Shown piece by piece: positions 11,373 through 22,057 of a stretch of 43,162 nucleotides of DNA (within the stretch, counting starts at the first letter, position 1; the number at the start of each line of letters is the position of its first letter). The notes beneath the pieces are model-generated. The model did not search any database. It was not told the origin of the DNA and saw nothing but the letters and a program-made list of their open reading frames with translations. Origin of the DNA: Octopus bimaculoides. Its lineage: Eukaryota. A program made the translations under genes and the position numbers. The stretch spans positions 38,863,301 through 38,906,462 of the forward strand of contig NC_068985.1 of the NCBI RefSeq assembly GCF_001194135.2, in the 5' to 3' direction.

Positions 11373-12783
11373 TATATGTCTGATGAAGATGATGAATACG
11401 ATGCGTTGCAGCGCCTATCAGCGATTTTCTTATAAAAGTTAATAAATATGTTCTCTAATAAAAAAGGTTACAGTACTCTTTCTTTCTGATTAATCCTAAA
11501 TTACTTTTATACATGACTTGATATAGTCATGGTGATTATGCGAAATTACTGAAGATTTAAATGGTGAGCAGGCGTAAAAATTAAAGAGGTTTTTCCAACT
11601 TGCTTGAAGACTGCGACACCACGTTCTTCTCCGCGTTATAGTTCCATTCTGTATTGTGGCAGTTACATAAAATGAAGCGCATTGCATCAATCGAAAACTT
11701 AACGTTAATAATATGACACAAAATCATGAACAACAGCATGTTTCTAACCGGTTATAAACTTCAAGTATATGAACATGGGTGCAAGTTACTGATGACTTAA
11801 GCGTGTATGAAGTGAGTTTGTACAAGGCAAGCGGAAGTAAAGTATGGTAGAGGGCTTCTCCACGATAGAAATACCTGGAGATGCTGCTCCATTATTGCTG
11901 AATGAGTGTAGTAAAAAGAATAAAATAATATATTTCGTTTTCAATTTTTATTGTTTTTCCTGTCGAATTATATTTGTTTTGCTTATTCCGTTTTATTCAT
12001 TTTTTTTTTTTTGTTCATTTTTCAATTATAGGATTCTTCTGTGAAGGAAATACAGAATAATAGCTAAGGGCTTATTACGTGCCTACATTATCGTTATTAT
12101 GTGTTTCATTTTAAATATATAGTTATTTATCTGTCTCTCTGAATTAAGTTGTGTTTGAGTGTGTATGTGTGCGCGTGCATGCTTGCGTGCGTGCAAAAAA
12201 TACAGGATATTTGTTTTTAAATACTTTACTATCTTCATCATGCGCCGTCAAAGAAAAAAAGAATTAGAGATATTTTTTTGGTATAAGTATCGCGTAGTGT
12301 TCTTTTAAGTTCGCTTTAAATTATGAAGGCGCCTGTAACAATTTTATTAAATTATATTCTAAAATATAAAACAACACTGCCTGTAGCATTTTATTAGAAA
12401 TATTAAGGAAGCCGTTTTGTTCGGGAGAATATTTATAAAAAATAAATCATTCTTAAAGAGCTATTCCTATAATTACAATTAAACCATCTTTAATGTTTTA
12501 TAACGTCGATTTTCGTTAGGAATATTAATTTATCGCTAACGTTCAGGATTACTAAAATATATATGGTAATCATGGCTCCTTGTTACTGTACTTCCATTCG
12601 CTACCATATGGCTTAAGTTTCGATTCTTACATATTTTTCTGGGGAGGAGGAATAAACATACATATATATATATCACAAATACATATGAATACATATGTAT
12701 TAAAGAGACAAAAATACCAACTATGTGTAGCGACTGTAGTCTGTATTTCAGTTTCTGCATAATGAAATATCACTTATTTTTAG

Positions 12784-12879
12784 GCTGAAGAAGAACAGAA
12801 ACTCAGAGAAGAATTTACCGAAACAAAGGGGAAAATATTAAGAAGAATCTTGAGAAATGTAACGCAAATCTGTGGAGAG
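12784..12879 (+). CDS. Candidate internal exon (96 nt, phase 0-0) of an unidentified host gene: AEEEQKLREEFTETKGKILRRILRNVTQICGE
   Basis: Preceded by pyrimidine-rich CACTTATTTTTAG. Only one of three frames is open, length is a multiple of 3, and it is followed by a weak GTGGTT donor. No homologue recognised. Confidence 0.4.
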
Positions 12880-12914
12880 GTGGTTCGAATAATAGTCGAT
12901 TACATTTACACTGG

Positions 12915-13293
12915 AGGCGCAATGGCCCAGTGGTTAGGGCAGCGGACTCGCGGTCATAGGATCGCGGTTTCGATTCCCAGACCGGGCGTTGTGAGTGTTT
13001 ATTGTGCGAAAACATCTAAAGCTCCACGAGGCTCCGGCAGGGGATGGTGTCGAACCCTGCTGTACTCTTTCACCACAACTTTCTCTCACTCTTACTTCCT
13101 GTTTCTGTTGTACCTGTATTTCAAAGGGTCCAACTTTGTCACACTGTGTCACGCTGAATATCCCCGAGAACTACGTTAAGGGTACAAGTTTCTGTGGAGT
13201 GCTCAGCCATTTGCACGTTAATTTAACGAGCAGGCTGTTCCGTTGATCGGTTCAACTGGAACCCTCGACGTCGTAAGCGACGGAGTGCCAGCA
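12915..13293 (+). mobile_element. Full-length tRNA-derived SINE family B with target-site duplication
   Basis: A box TGGCCCAGTGG, B box GGTTTCGATTCC. Nearly collinear with 16723-17105. TSD ACATTTACACTGG (12902-14) / ACATTTACAATAG (13294-306), 11 of 13 identical. Confidence 0.92.
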
Positions 13294-13434
13294 ACATTTA
13301 CAATAGTATTTACTTTGTACTTTATCTATAGACTTATCCGTACTAGTATTTATTTAGTACATTATTTATCGGCTTAGTAACACCAGTTTTTATCTAGTAC
13401 TTGACTTATTCACCCATCCACACTACAATTTGTG

Positions 13435-13701
13435 GAGGCACAAAGCCTAATGGTTAGAGCAGAGGACTCACGGTCGAGAGATCACGAGTTCGAATCTCAG
13501 ACCGGCTGATATGTGTGTTTATGAGCGAAACACCTAAGTTCCGGCAGAAGGTAATGACGAATTTCTACAGACTCTTTCGCCAAAACTTTCTCTCGCTCTT
13601 TCCTCCTGCATCTAGCAGCTCACCTGCGACGGACCGGCGTCCCGTCCAGGTGGGGAACCTAAACGCCAATGAAACCGGCCCTTATCAGGAACAAACAACA
13701 A
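13435..13701 (+). mobile_element. SINE with a family-B head but an alternative 3' module (shared with 33118-33310)
   Basis: Head homologous to the 12915 copy up to CTTTCTCTCGCTCTT, then CCTGCGACGGACCGGCGTCCCGTCCAGGTGGGGAAC and a CAA-rich tail. TSD core CACACTACA at 13419-27 and 13702-10. Confidence 0.8.
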
Positions 13702-13754
13702 CACACTACATTTCATAAAGTAATTTATTAAACGACTAATGGGCAATCAGTTGA

Positions 13755-13875
13755 CTCAGATGAGATCTACTGAATATAGTCTAGTCCCCGGCAGAAATTG
13801 AACTCAGAAAGCAAAAGGTGTTAATGAAATGCACAAAAGCATTTTATACGCCAGTGACGAATTCTGTTGACTCTC
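13755..13875 (-). mobile_element. Degraded SINE family A fragment
   Basis: Reverse complement retains CAACAGAATTCGTCACTGGCG..AAATGC and the CTGAGTTCAATTTCTGCCGGGG B-box region. Confidence 0.5.
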
Positions 13876-13894
13876 ATTATTCTGTTTCGCTTCA

Positions 13895-14126
13895 AGGTAA
13901 TGAGCTCGCAGAAACGTTAGCACGCCGGGCGAAATGCTTAGCAGTATTTCGTCGGCCGTTACGTTCTGAGTTCAAATTCCGCCGAGGTCGGCTTTGCCTT
14001 TCATCTTTTCGGGGTCGATAAATTAAGTACCAGTTACGCGCTGGGGTTGATATAATTGACCTAATCCTTTTGTCTGTCCTTGTTTGTCCCCTCTGTGTTT
14101 AGCTCCTTGTGGGCAATAAAGAAATA
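13895..14126 (+). mobile_element. SINE family A, full length, Tx1-like tail subtype
   Basis: tRNA-like head with B box GAGTTCAAATTCC. Ends TTGTTTGTCCCCTCTGTGTTTAGCTCCTTGTGGGCAATAAAGAAATA. Confidence 0.9.
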
Positions 14127-14318
14127 CGAAACGGTAGCCGGACGAAATGCTTGGCGGTATTTCGTCTGTCTTTGCGTGCTGAGTTCAAACTCCGCAGAGG
14201 TCGACTTTGCTTTCATCCTTTCGGGGTCAATAAATTAAGTACCAGTTGCGTACTGGGTCGATCTAATCGACTGGACCCCTCCCTCAAAATTTCGGGCCTT
14301 GTGCCTAGAGTAGAAAAG
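14127..14318 (+). mobile_element. SINE family A, GGCCTTGTGCCTAGAGTAGAAAAG-tail subtype, in tandem with the previous copy
   Basis: Same head and body as 13895-14126 up to GGTCGAT..AAT(C/T)GAC, then a different tail. Confidence 0.9.
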
Positions 14319-14321
14319 GCC

Positions 14322-14510
14322 ATCAATTTTGAAGGGAGAGGGCTAATCGATTACATTGACCTCAGTGTTCTTCTGATAATTAGTTTATGGGCATCTGAAA
14401 GGATCAAATGCAAAGTCGATCCCGACAGAATTTGTACTGAGAACGTGAAGAGCCGCAAGAAATGCCAGTAAGAGTTTTGTTCAGTGTGGTAATGATTCTG
14501 CCGACTCGCT
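14322..14510 (-). mobile_element. Older SINE family A copy, inverted and tail-to-tail with 14127-14318
   Basis: Reverse complement GCAGCGAGTCGGCAGAATCATTACC..ACGTTCTCAGTACAAATTCTGTCGGGATCGACTTTGCATTTGATCCTTTC..GAGGTCAATGTAATCGATTAGCCCTCTCCC. Confidence 0.75.
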
Positions 14511-14867
14511 GCATCAAACCAACTCTTCTTATACTGCTTGTATGGGAAATGTTTTTAGAAAGCATTGTTTTAGTTTTGGTGGGGGACGATGGAGGTAAGA
14601 TATTAGAATTTATTAATCCTAGTACTCCACTTTCTTATCTGTTATTTCTTTCGAAAATTGGTGGGATCTAATCCCAGCATTCAGTACAGTATTCTACATT
14701 CTGTACCAACTTATCAACTTGATTTCTTGTCTATAATTCATTGAGTGGGTAGAAATGCCATAAAGAAGAAGTAATTGGGTGAATTTTACTTTGACTGTTA
14801 CTAAAAAAATTCAGTTAAATGACAGCCATCATTTGAAAGACATGCCACACACACACAAATATACACA

Positions 14868-14920
<53 letters not shown>

Positions 14921-16722
14921 GTTGTGCATATATTAATATATTCGCAGATATTCATATACACCCAATTATGCATACATGCAATGTATGTGTGAGTTAAAAG
15001 GAGTTAAAACTATGAGTGATACAGTTTATGAATAAGAGCCTAATTTTTGTTTGAAACACCAATCTTTATTATAAAACCTGTTCTCACAGTAAAATGTATA
15101 CCATTTGAGATCTTCTAGAGCCTTTCATGCTATTTATTATTGGTCCCCAAAAATACAAAAACGTCTCACATGGCTACTAAATTGGATGATGACATTCAGC
15201 AGAGCTGACAATTGGGTTAATCCTATAAATGGTCTCTTTCGTCCTTTCGAGCTGCATATTAAAAATGCCTTCGCATCACGTATATTTCCCATTCTGGTGC
15301 TCCACCGCTGAATATAAATGTCTATCATTTACATATATTTTCTTTTGAAGAGAAATGATATCACTTTGTAAACAGATATTATAACAAATCAAAGAAGAAC
15401 TTTATGCATTTATAATTAGTAGTTACGAGCTCATGTTCTTCATCTTTAGGAAAACCGCTCAATTTTTATATTCCTCCTCAGAAGACCTATCTAAAAATAA
15501 AGAGAATATTGTAAAGAAAATCTTTAAGATGCAACCAATACATTTATTGAACTAGCATCTTTTTATAAGCAGCAAGATTAGAAATATGTATAAGATGGGT
15601 GCCAGAATGAAACTGATCTAAGCTCAACGGAATTGGTGATTTATACTACAAAGTTAATCTGTAAAGATAGGAAGAAGTATTGGATGATGCACTTGACAAT
15701 GCTTCAGTTGGAAAGTATCAATATATTTACAGTAATACATAATTATTTTATAAACGACCGGACTTAATGGTATATGTGAAAGTAATATACATGATATAGG
15801 TATTACATATAGAAAACAGACTGTACGTCGCCATTACAGAGAAATTATTCATATATATTCACATTAATTTCTATAAACAGATATACACAGGCAATTGTTT
15901 GCTGTAGCATCAAAATATGTTCTCTCCTCAATTTCTCATTAATTCGTCCTGCAGATGTTCATGTAACATTTAAGATATATACATTTAATGACCTCTAAAC
16001 TTCTAACAGTACGGAGGTCAGTTAATCTAACGATAAACTTCAGATGAGTATACGCAGGTATTAATATTAATGTCTGCTGAAACTTAAAGTATTTTGTTTC
16101 CCTCGTCGTCTCTACTAAGAAACATTCTCGATCGTAAGATGGTAGACGATAACTAACAGAGAACAATTGTCTCTATCTTGTATGATCTGCGGCCAGGAGA
16201 AAATCGCTCCAGCGTTTTAATTAATATAATATTTCTCTACCTCACATGATAGCAAATGATCAAATATAATTTTCTGGCTTAATAACAAATGTTCTTCTGG
16301 TTGTTTAGATTAGGAAATGGGAGATTGTAAGGTTGTGTCGTGGTAATAAATTCCTAGAAGGAGATTTTAAGTATAGCAATATTTTATCTGAAGCAATATC
16401 AGTAGAACCTCGATATTTAGTAACACCTTTTGATGATCTGATTTCGAATCATGCCAAGGTCGATTTTTACATTCCGAGTGGAGAATTTAATGTACCAGAC
16501 AAATATTAAGATCGATAAATGTAACTATCATTCCTCCTTCGAGTTTATGTTTATTTTATTAGAGATTGTTAAAAGGAGCATGCAAAATAGCGCCAAAATA
16601 TTATTATATTCATATTAATATAGATTGCTTTCCAGTTTCGATACACAGTTGAAGAGAATTGTCTTCATTAACGTATGACATCATAGAATGATATTTAACT
16701 CTCTTCCTAATATGTATCGTAG

Positions 16723-17105
16723 AGACGCAATAGCCCAGTGGTTAGGGCTGCGGACTCGCGGACGTAGGATCGCGGTTTCGATTCTCAGACAGGGCTCTAT
16801 GAGTGTTTATTGAGCGAAAACACCTAAAGTTCCACGAGGCTCCGGCAGTGGATGGTGGCGAACCCTGCTGTACTCTTTCACCACAACTTTCTCTCACTCT
16901 TTCTTTCTGTTTCTGTTGTACCTGTATTTCGATGGGCCAGCCTTGTCACACTTTGTGTCACGCCGAATCTCCCCGAGAACTACATTAAGGGTACACGTGT
17001 CTGTGGAATGCTCACCCACTTGCACGTTAATTTCACGGGCAGGATGTTCCGTTGATCGGATCAACAGGAACCCACGTCGTCGTAACCGACGGAGTGCCAA
17101 TAACA
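16723..17105 (+). mobile_element. Full-length SINE family B with TSD
   Basis: Collinear with 12915-13293. TSD TAATATGTATCGTAG (16708-22) / TAATATGTATCATAA (17106-20), 13 of 15 identical. Confidence 0.92.
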
Positions 17106-17424
17106 TAATATGTATCATAACCGGAAATCAGTCCTTCATCTAGAAACTGGCATTATTTATACCTACCAATTACTCACGCAAATTCTTATTCGAAACCATA
17201 GAAATGTTGACTTTGCTTTTCATCTGTATGGAATCGTTGAAATAAATACCGGCAATATATTTGTAATTAATTCAACAGAATTGAGATTGCATCCAAATTG
17301 TAGGGCATCGGTTTCTACGATAATCGTGTAGTACGTTATAATCATTGTTTATAGTCTACAATGGACAATATTGTTTCGGGTTCAATCCCACTGTGCACCC
17401 GATTCTGCCCGCTCGCAGCTTTAA

Positions 17425-17615
17425 TAATAATGATTAAAATAATAATCCTTTCTACTAAAGGCACAAGGCCTAAAATTTGGGTGCGGGGCTGGACTAGTAG
17501 ATAACATCGACCCCAGTGTTTCATTGATACTTCATTTATAGACACACCAGAAAGGACAAAAGGCAAAGTTAATCTCAACGGAATTTAAAATCAGAATGTG
17601 AAGACGAACGACAAG
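17425..17615 (-). mobile_element. SINE family A copy lacking its head
   Basis: Plus strand shows TTTCTACTAAAGGCACAAGGCCTAAAATTTGGG..CATCGACCCCAGTG..AAAGGCAAAGTTAATCTCAACGGAATTT, the reverse complement of the family A tail and body. Confidence 0.75.
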
Positions 17616-17618
17616 CTG

Positions 17619-18015
17619 CTGGGAGTGGCTGTGTGGTAAGTAGCTTGCTTACCAACCATATGTTTCCGGGTTCAATCCCACTGCGTGGCACCTTGGCAAG
17701 TGTCTTCTACTATAGCCTTGGGCCGACCAAGTCCTTGTGAGTGGATTTGGTAGACGGAAACGGAAGTCTGTCGTATCTATCTATCTATCTATATGTATGT
17801 ATGTATGTGTGTGTATATGTTTATGTGTCTGCGTTTGCCCCCCCCCCCCCCCCCCACCATCGCTTGACAAACGATGGAGGTGTTTTTACGTCCCCCGTAA
17901 CTTAGCGGTTCGGCAAAACAGACCTATAGAATAAGTCCCAGAGTCAATTTGCTCGACTAAATGTGATGCTCCACTATGGTCGCAGTCAAATGACTGAAAA
18001 GAGTAAAAGAGTAAA
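17619..18015 (+). mobile_element. tRNA-derived SINE family C with a CORE-like segment and an internal microsatellite
   Basis: A box TGGCTGTGTGG, B box GGGTTCAATCCC, then GGCACCTTGGCAAGTGTCTT (CORE-like) and a GAGTAAAAGAGTAAA tail. Reverse-complement homologue at 40011-40419. Confidence 0.9.
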
Positions 18016-18762
18016 TATATTTTCCCGGCGTGCTCATGATTCTGTCAGCTCACCGTCTAATAACTCTCTCTAATATTAACATCGTTTCCAAACATATACT
18101 GAAACCAGCATTTAGAGAGTATAGACAATGCTTCAGAATATTTGATCTGGTACATTTGTCAGAAATCGTTATAAATATAACAAATATTTACAATTGCCAT
18201 TGCTGTTGGCCCAATTCATTTCATTTGTGGTTTCTTTGTAGGTAGAACATCACAGTATTAATAATGTATATCTTATAGCTAGAAATCAAGACTACCGTTA
18301 CACGCATCACACCCTAATCCAGACACAGTCTTAACATCTGTTTGCTGTAATGTTTAGAGTTATTAGTATTAAATCATGTCAGTTTCATAACTTCTAAAGA
18401 TTTGTTAGAGAAGTGGCAACTCTTCATATTTCGTTATTTATGAAAACTTTCGTTAAAATAAATTTGGGGTGGAGAAACTACGTCAAATGTTTGAGTTATT
18501 TAATAGGTTTACCGAGAAAAGGGAAAGTAGGACACGGAATGGAAATAATAAAATAGACACATGAATAAAGGAATAAAATAAAAAACGAAGAAAAAATAGT
18601 CCATCTGTTTGAAATGAAAGTTTTGGCAGATGTTAACAGTTAGTCTCTTAAACATGTATTTCATCAGCATTGAACATTATTTCACGTTGACTTATATAAT
18701 ACCGAATCGCTATTTGCACACACACATACACACACACACACGCACACCATCAAACATACATA

Positions 18763-19655
18763 CGTGGTCTGATCAATAAGTATCCGGACTGTTGGCATGG
18801 TAATGAAGCGAAAGCACACAGAGTAATGCCGCTTGGACTGATTAACCGTGAACGCTGCTGTGCACGCGCACTAAGATTTAACGTTCAAGCTCACTTCCGC
18901 TCTTTACAGCAGTGCCTGGAAGGAAGGTGTGTAGTGTGTGATCGTCGCATTAACCATAAAAGAGAAAGTTGAGCAGAGAATCTGCGTTAAATTTTACCAA
19001 AATGTTGGCGATACCTTCTCATAGGTCTCCGCAAAGTTTTCAATAAGTTTTCATCGTTCTCGATACTATCAAGGAGATCTTGTGCAATTGAAACCCAAAA
19101 GTCTTTTTGGTCAGCTCAAAGCAGATTTAGCACAAACTTGGAAGACATACGTCTCATACCCAAATCTGCAGTGATAATGGATTGAACTGAACGGTAACTA
19201 ATTTGCACATCCTCTGATAACTCACGCATGATGATTCGACGATTTCCCCTCACAGCTGCATGCACTTCTGCGATGTTTTTCTCAGTTCTGCTTGTTGCGG
19301 GTCTCCCATAACGTTCGTCAGTATCATCATTTTTTCGACTACATTGGAAACGTACGAACCACTCTTACACTTGTGTGCAGCTCATACTCTCCTCTCCATA
19401 CACTGTCTGAAACTTCGTGTTGGCCTCTGAGTAAGTATCGCAATGACAACTTTTTGTCATGGTCAGTCTGGCGATCACATGCTACCCACGTTCCTTCGAT
19501 GCACTGCTGTAAACAGAGGAAGTGAGCGAGAGCATTAAAACATTGTGCAGTCCAATTACAGCACAGTCCAACGCCAATCTTGGCCGAGCAACTTCACTCT
19601 GGGTGCTTTACCGTCGTTGCTCTGGCAACAGCCCGGAAACTTATTGATCAGACAT
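18763..19655. mobile_element. Non-autonomous fold-back mariner derivative made of two 5' halves in opposite orientation
   Basis: TIR cores GTCTGATCAATAAGTATCCGGACTGTTG (left) and the reverse complement of the right end match at 26 of 28 nt; TA at 18761-62. The left arm encodes KVEQRICVKFYQ (+). The right arm encodes the same N-terminus through ..MRRMSSKFVLNLL..DLLDSIENDENLLK (-). Confidence 0.88.
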
Positions 19656-20949
19656 ATATATATATATATATATAAGCTTATATTTATATATTGAATGTAT
19701 TTCTTCTCTCGCCTCGGTGTCACCTGAGCACTTCCAGCTGCAGTCCTATTTTAATTTTATTTTCGTTCTTCGGTTTAACGAAATTGCTTTTCGGTTTAAC
19801 GAAATTATAAAATTATCTTCTTATATACATATATATGTGTGTGTGTGTGTGTGTGTATAATATAAATCATATATATATATATACTATAATGTATGTGTAA
19901 TATAAATTATATATATATAAATGCATATATGGGTACAGGACGTTACCAACAGTGTAAACAACATGAAGTACGAAAACAAACGAATTAAATACCCAAACAA
20001 CGAGAGTAAAAAAATAGAAAACATGACAAATAACATCCTTCAGCTGTTGGCTGTCTGTGCGCGTATGCGCTCGCGCGCGTGCGTAATTTTATCTCTTCTA
20101 TATTTTAATTATTATAAATTTTCCAGTGAGGAGGGAGCCGGTATCCAACAAAGATACAAGGCTCCATATTTAGGATGTAGTTAACATAGACAAGTTCACA
20201 TTTGGATAGTCTTGCACATTTTTTCCGTTGAGTGTGTCTGCGCGCGCGTGTGCGTGTTCAAATAATCGTGAACTTAGATTTGCAAACGTACACAAACTTT
20301 CGTATATATACGCTACATGTAGCTACATAAATTGGATTTAAAGAACATAAATGCCGAAATCCCTATCTGTTATCATTATTTTTTATTTAATATTATTTAT
20401 TTATTTACACGCAGCACTCAATTCCGTATGAGGTTCTTTCGATTTCTGACTGTAATATCATCCAGTTTTCCGAATCTGATCGTGACAACTTATACATAGA
20501 CGTAACATCTTCTAGTCAGAAAAAAAAAAAAAACCTACTCACAGGCAACGATTTTCCTAGGCACTATATAACATATAAATCATACGCATTTTTCCATTAA
20601 ATTAAGATACATCTATTTGAGGGAAAATTACTTGGAACTCTGTCAAGGGCCGAATTATAAAAGCCTTAGCAGATATAAATTTGTCTTTTTCCTTTGTTTA
20701 TTTTTTTCTTTCTTCATATATCTATGCTTCGGAATTTCTTTCAGTCAATCATTTCCTCGATATATTTTTTTTTCATTTCGTTCCATTTATTCATCGTCAC
20801 TGCCTTTACATTAATCCCAACCAAATAAGCCTTCTGCTGTCGTTTCACTGTCTGTAGAGCAATATGATTTAATTATACGTTTTTTTTTATACACTTTCAC
20901 TACGAATGTTGAGAAAATTATCTTCCTGTCTCTCTTTTGCGACATCCAT

Positions 20950-21490
20950 AATTGTCTTTTATCTCTGTCCTCGTCCTCCTGCGTCTTCTCCTATTCATCT
21001 TTCCCTTGTTTTCTCTGCACCCGCCACCTTCTTCACTTCCTCCTCCTTTTCTTCGTTGTAATCCTCATAATCGAAACTTCCTCCTATGCCACAGATCCTC
21101 ATTTCATCCCTCCTTCTCTACAAGCCGTTTTTCTTTATCATCATCATCATCATCATCATCATCTTCTTCTTCTTCTCTTTTTTCTTCTCTTTCTTCTTCG
21201 TCTTCATCTCCTTCTTCTTCCACTTCTTCTCTTTCTCCTCTTTTTCTTCTCTTTTTCTTTTTTCTTCTCTTTTTCTTTTTTCTTCTCTCTCTTCTTCCTC
21301 TTTTCTTCTTCTTCTTCTTCTTCTTCTTCTTCTTCTTCTTCCTCTTTCTCTTTTTCATTCTCTTCTACCTCTTTTTCTTTTTCTTCTCCATTTCCTCTTC
21401 CCCTTCCTCTACTACTACTGTTATTGCTGCTGCTTCTGATGATGATGATGATGAGGAGGAGGAGGAGGAGGAGGAGGAGGAAGAGGAGGG
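20950..21490. repeat. Low-complexity trinucleotide region: pyrimidine-rich (TCA)n/(TCT)n switching to (GAT)n/(GAG)n
   Basis: Directly visible; produces the poly-S/F/E/K pseudo-ORFs. Confidence 0.93.
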
Positions 21491-21960
21491 TAAGAATTGC
21501 AGCACACATCCATACGGGTAAGTACACTTCTGGTGGATGATTAAATGTTGCGTTGGAAAAGCTTAAAACATTTCCAAGAGATTAGGGTTCGAATAGGATT
21601 GGAGATCCTAATTCAAATGTTACCCAAAACACTGGACAGTATGCTGGACCTACTAGTAATCCCAGGAGAGCAGAAACCGATGACTATTTTGCAGAGTAGA
21701 AGGGTTGTATGCAGCAACTGTGGAAACGCCGATCACCTGTAGGATCTGCTAAAACAATGGCCTTAACTACTGCCAATACCACCACAACAGTGACAACAGC
21801 TGCAACACGCACAAAAGCAACATCAACAACAACACTGTCAACAACCGCGTGGAACCGCAGCAAAAGCGTCTGCAGTATGAGCTACAAAATTGCAACAACA
21901 GCATCAGAAATCCCGAAAACAAAATCACAAAGAACAGCTAAATATGCATCTGTGTTTCGG
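21490..21960 (+). pseudogene. Possible decayed LINE ORF1 (gag-like) fragment with a degenerate zinc knuckle, followed by ACA-rich low complexity
   Basis: GLEILIQMLPKTLDSMLDLLVIPGEQKPMTILQSRRVVCSNCGNADHL* resembles the GR..C..CG..GH of CCHC knuckles in LINE ORF1; the final Cys is missing and there is an in-frame stop. Confidence 0.35.
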
Positions 21961-21981
21961 ACCACCTAGAATACTGGTATG

Positions 21982-22057
21982 CACTAGTGTAGCTAGGAGG
22001 AGTGGGAAAGGTATCGGCGGTCCACCCCGGGTGGCACACACTCTAGTTACGCTAGTG
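21982..22057. mobile_element. 76-bp miniature hAT-type MITE
   Basis: TIRs CACTAGTGTAGCTAG / CTAGTTACGCTAGTG (13 of 15 match). 8-bp TSD CTGGTATG (21974-81) / CTGGTATA (22058-65). Confidence 0.78.

Noticed and set aside
12871-12914. Read-through peptide VVRIIVDYIYTG resembling a BTB-domain motif
   Set aside because: The YIYTG codons are the SINE target-site duplication. Removing the SINE gives a stop within a few codons, and no other BTB features are present.
12916-12990. tRNA-like sequences at SINE heads (also 13435, 16723, 17619, 33118, 40350-40419)
   Set aside because: They have A/B boxes but no proper acceptor stem, and continue into shared repeat bodies with TSDs, so they are SINEs rather than tRNA genes.
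19769-19806. 17-bp direct duplication TTCGGTTTAACGAAATT x2
   Set aside because: Two copies only, 4 bp apart; a local slippage duplication, not an array or CRISPR.
20952-21527. Poly-S/F/E/K ORFs on both strands
   Set aside because: Pure trinucleotide low-complexity translation.
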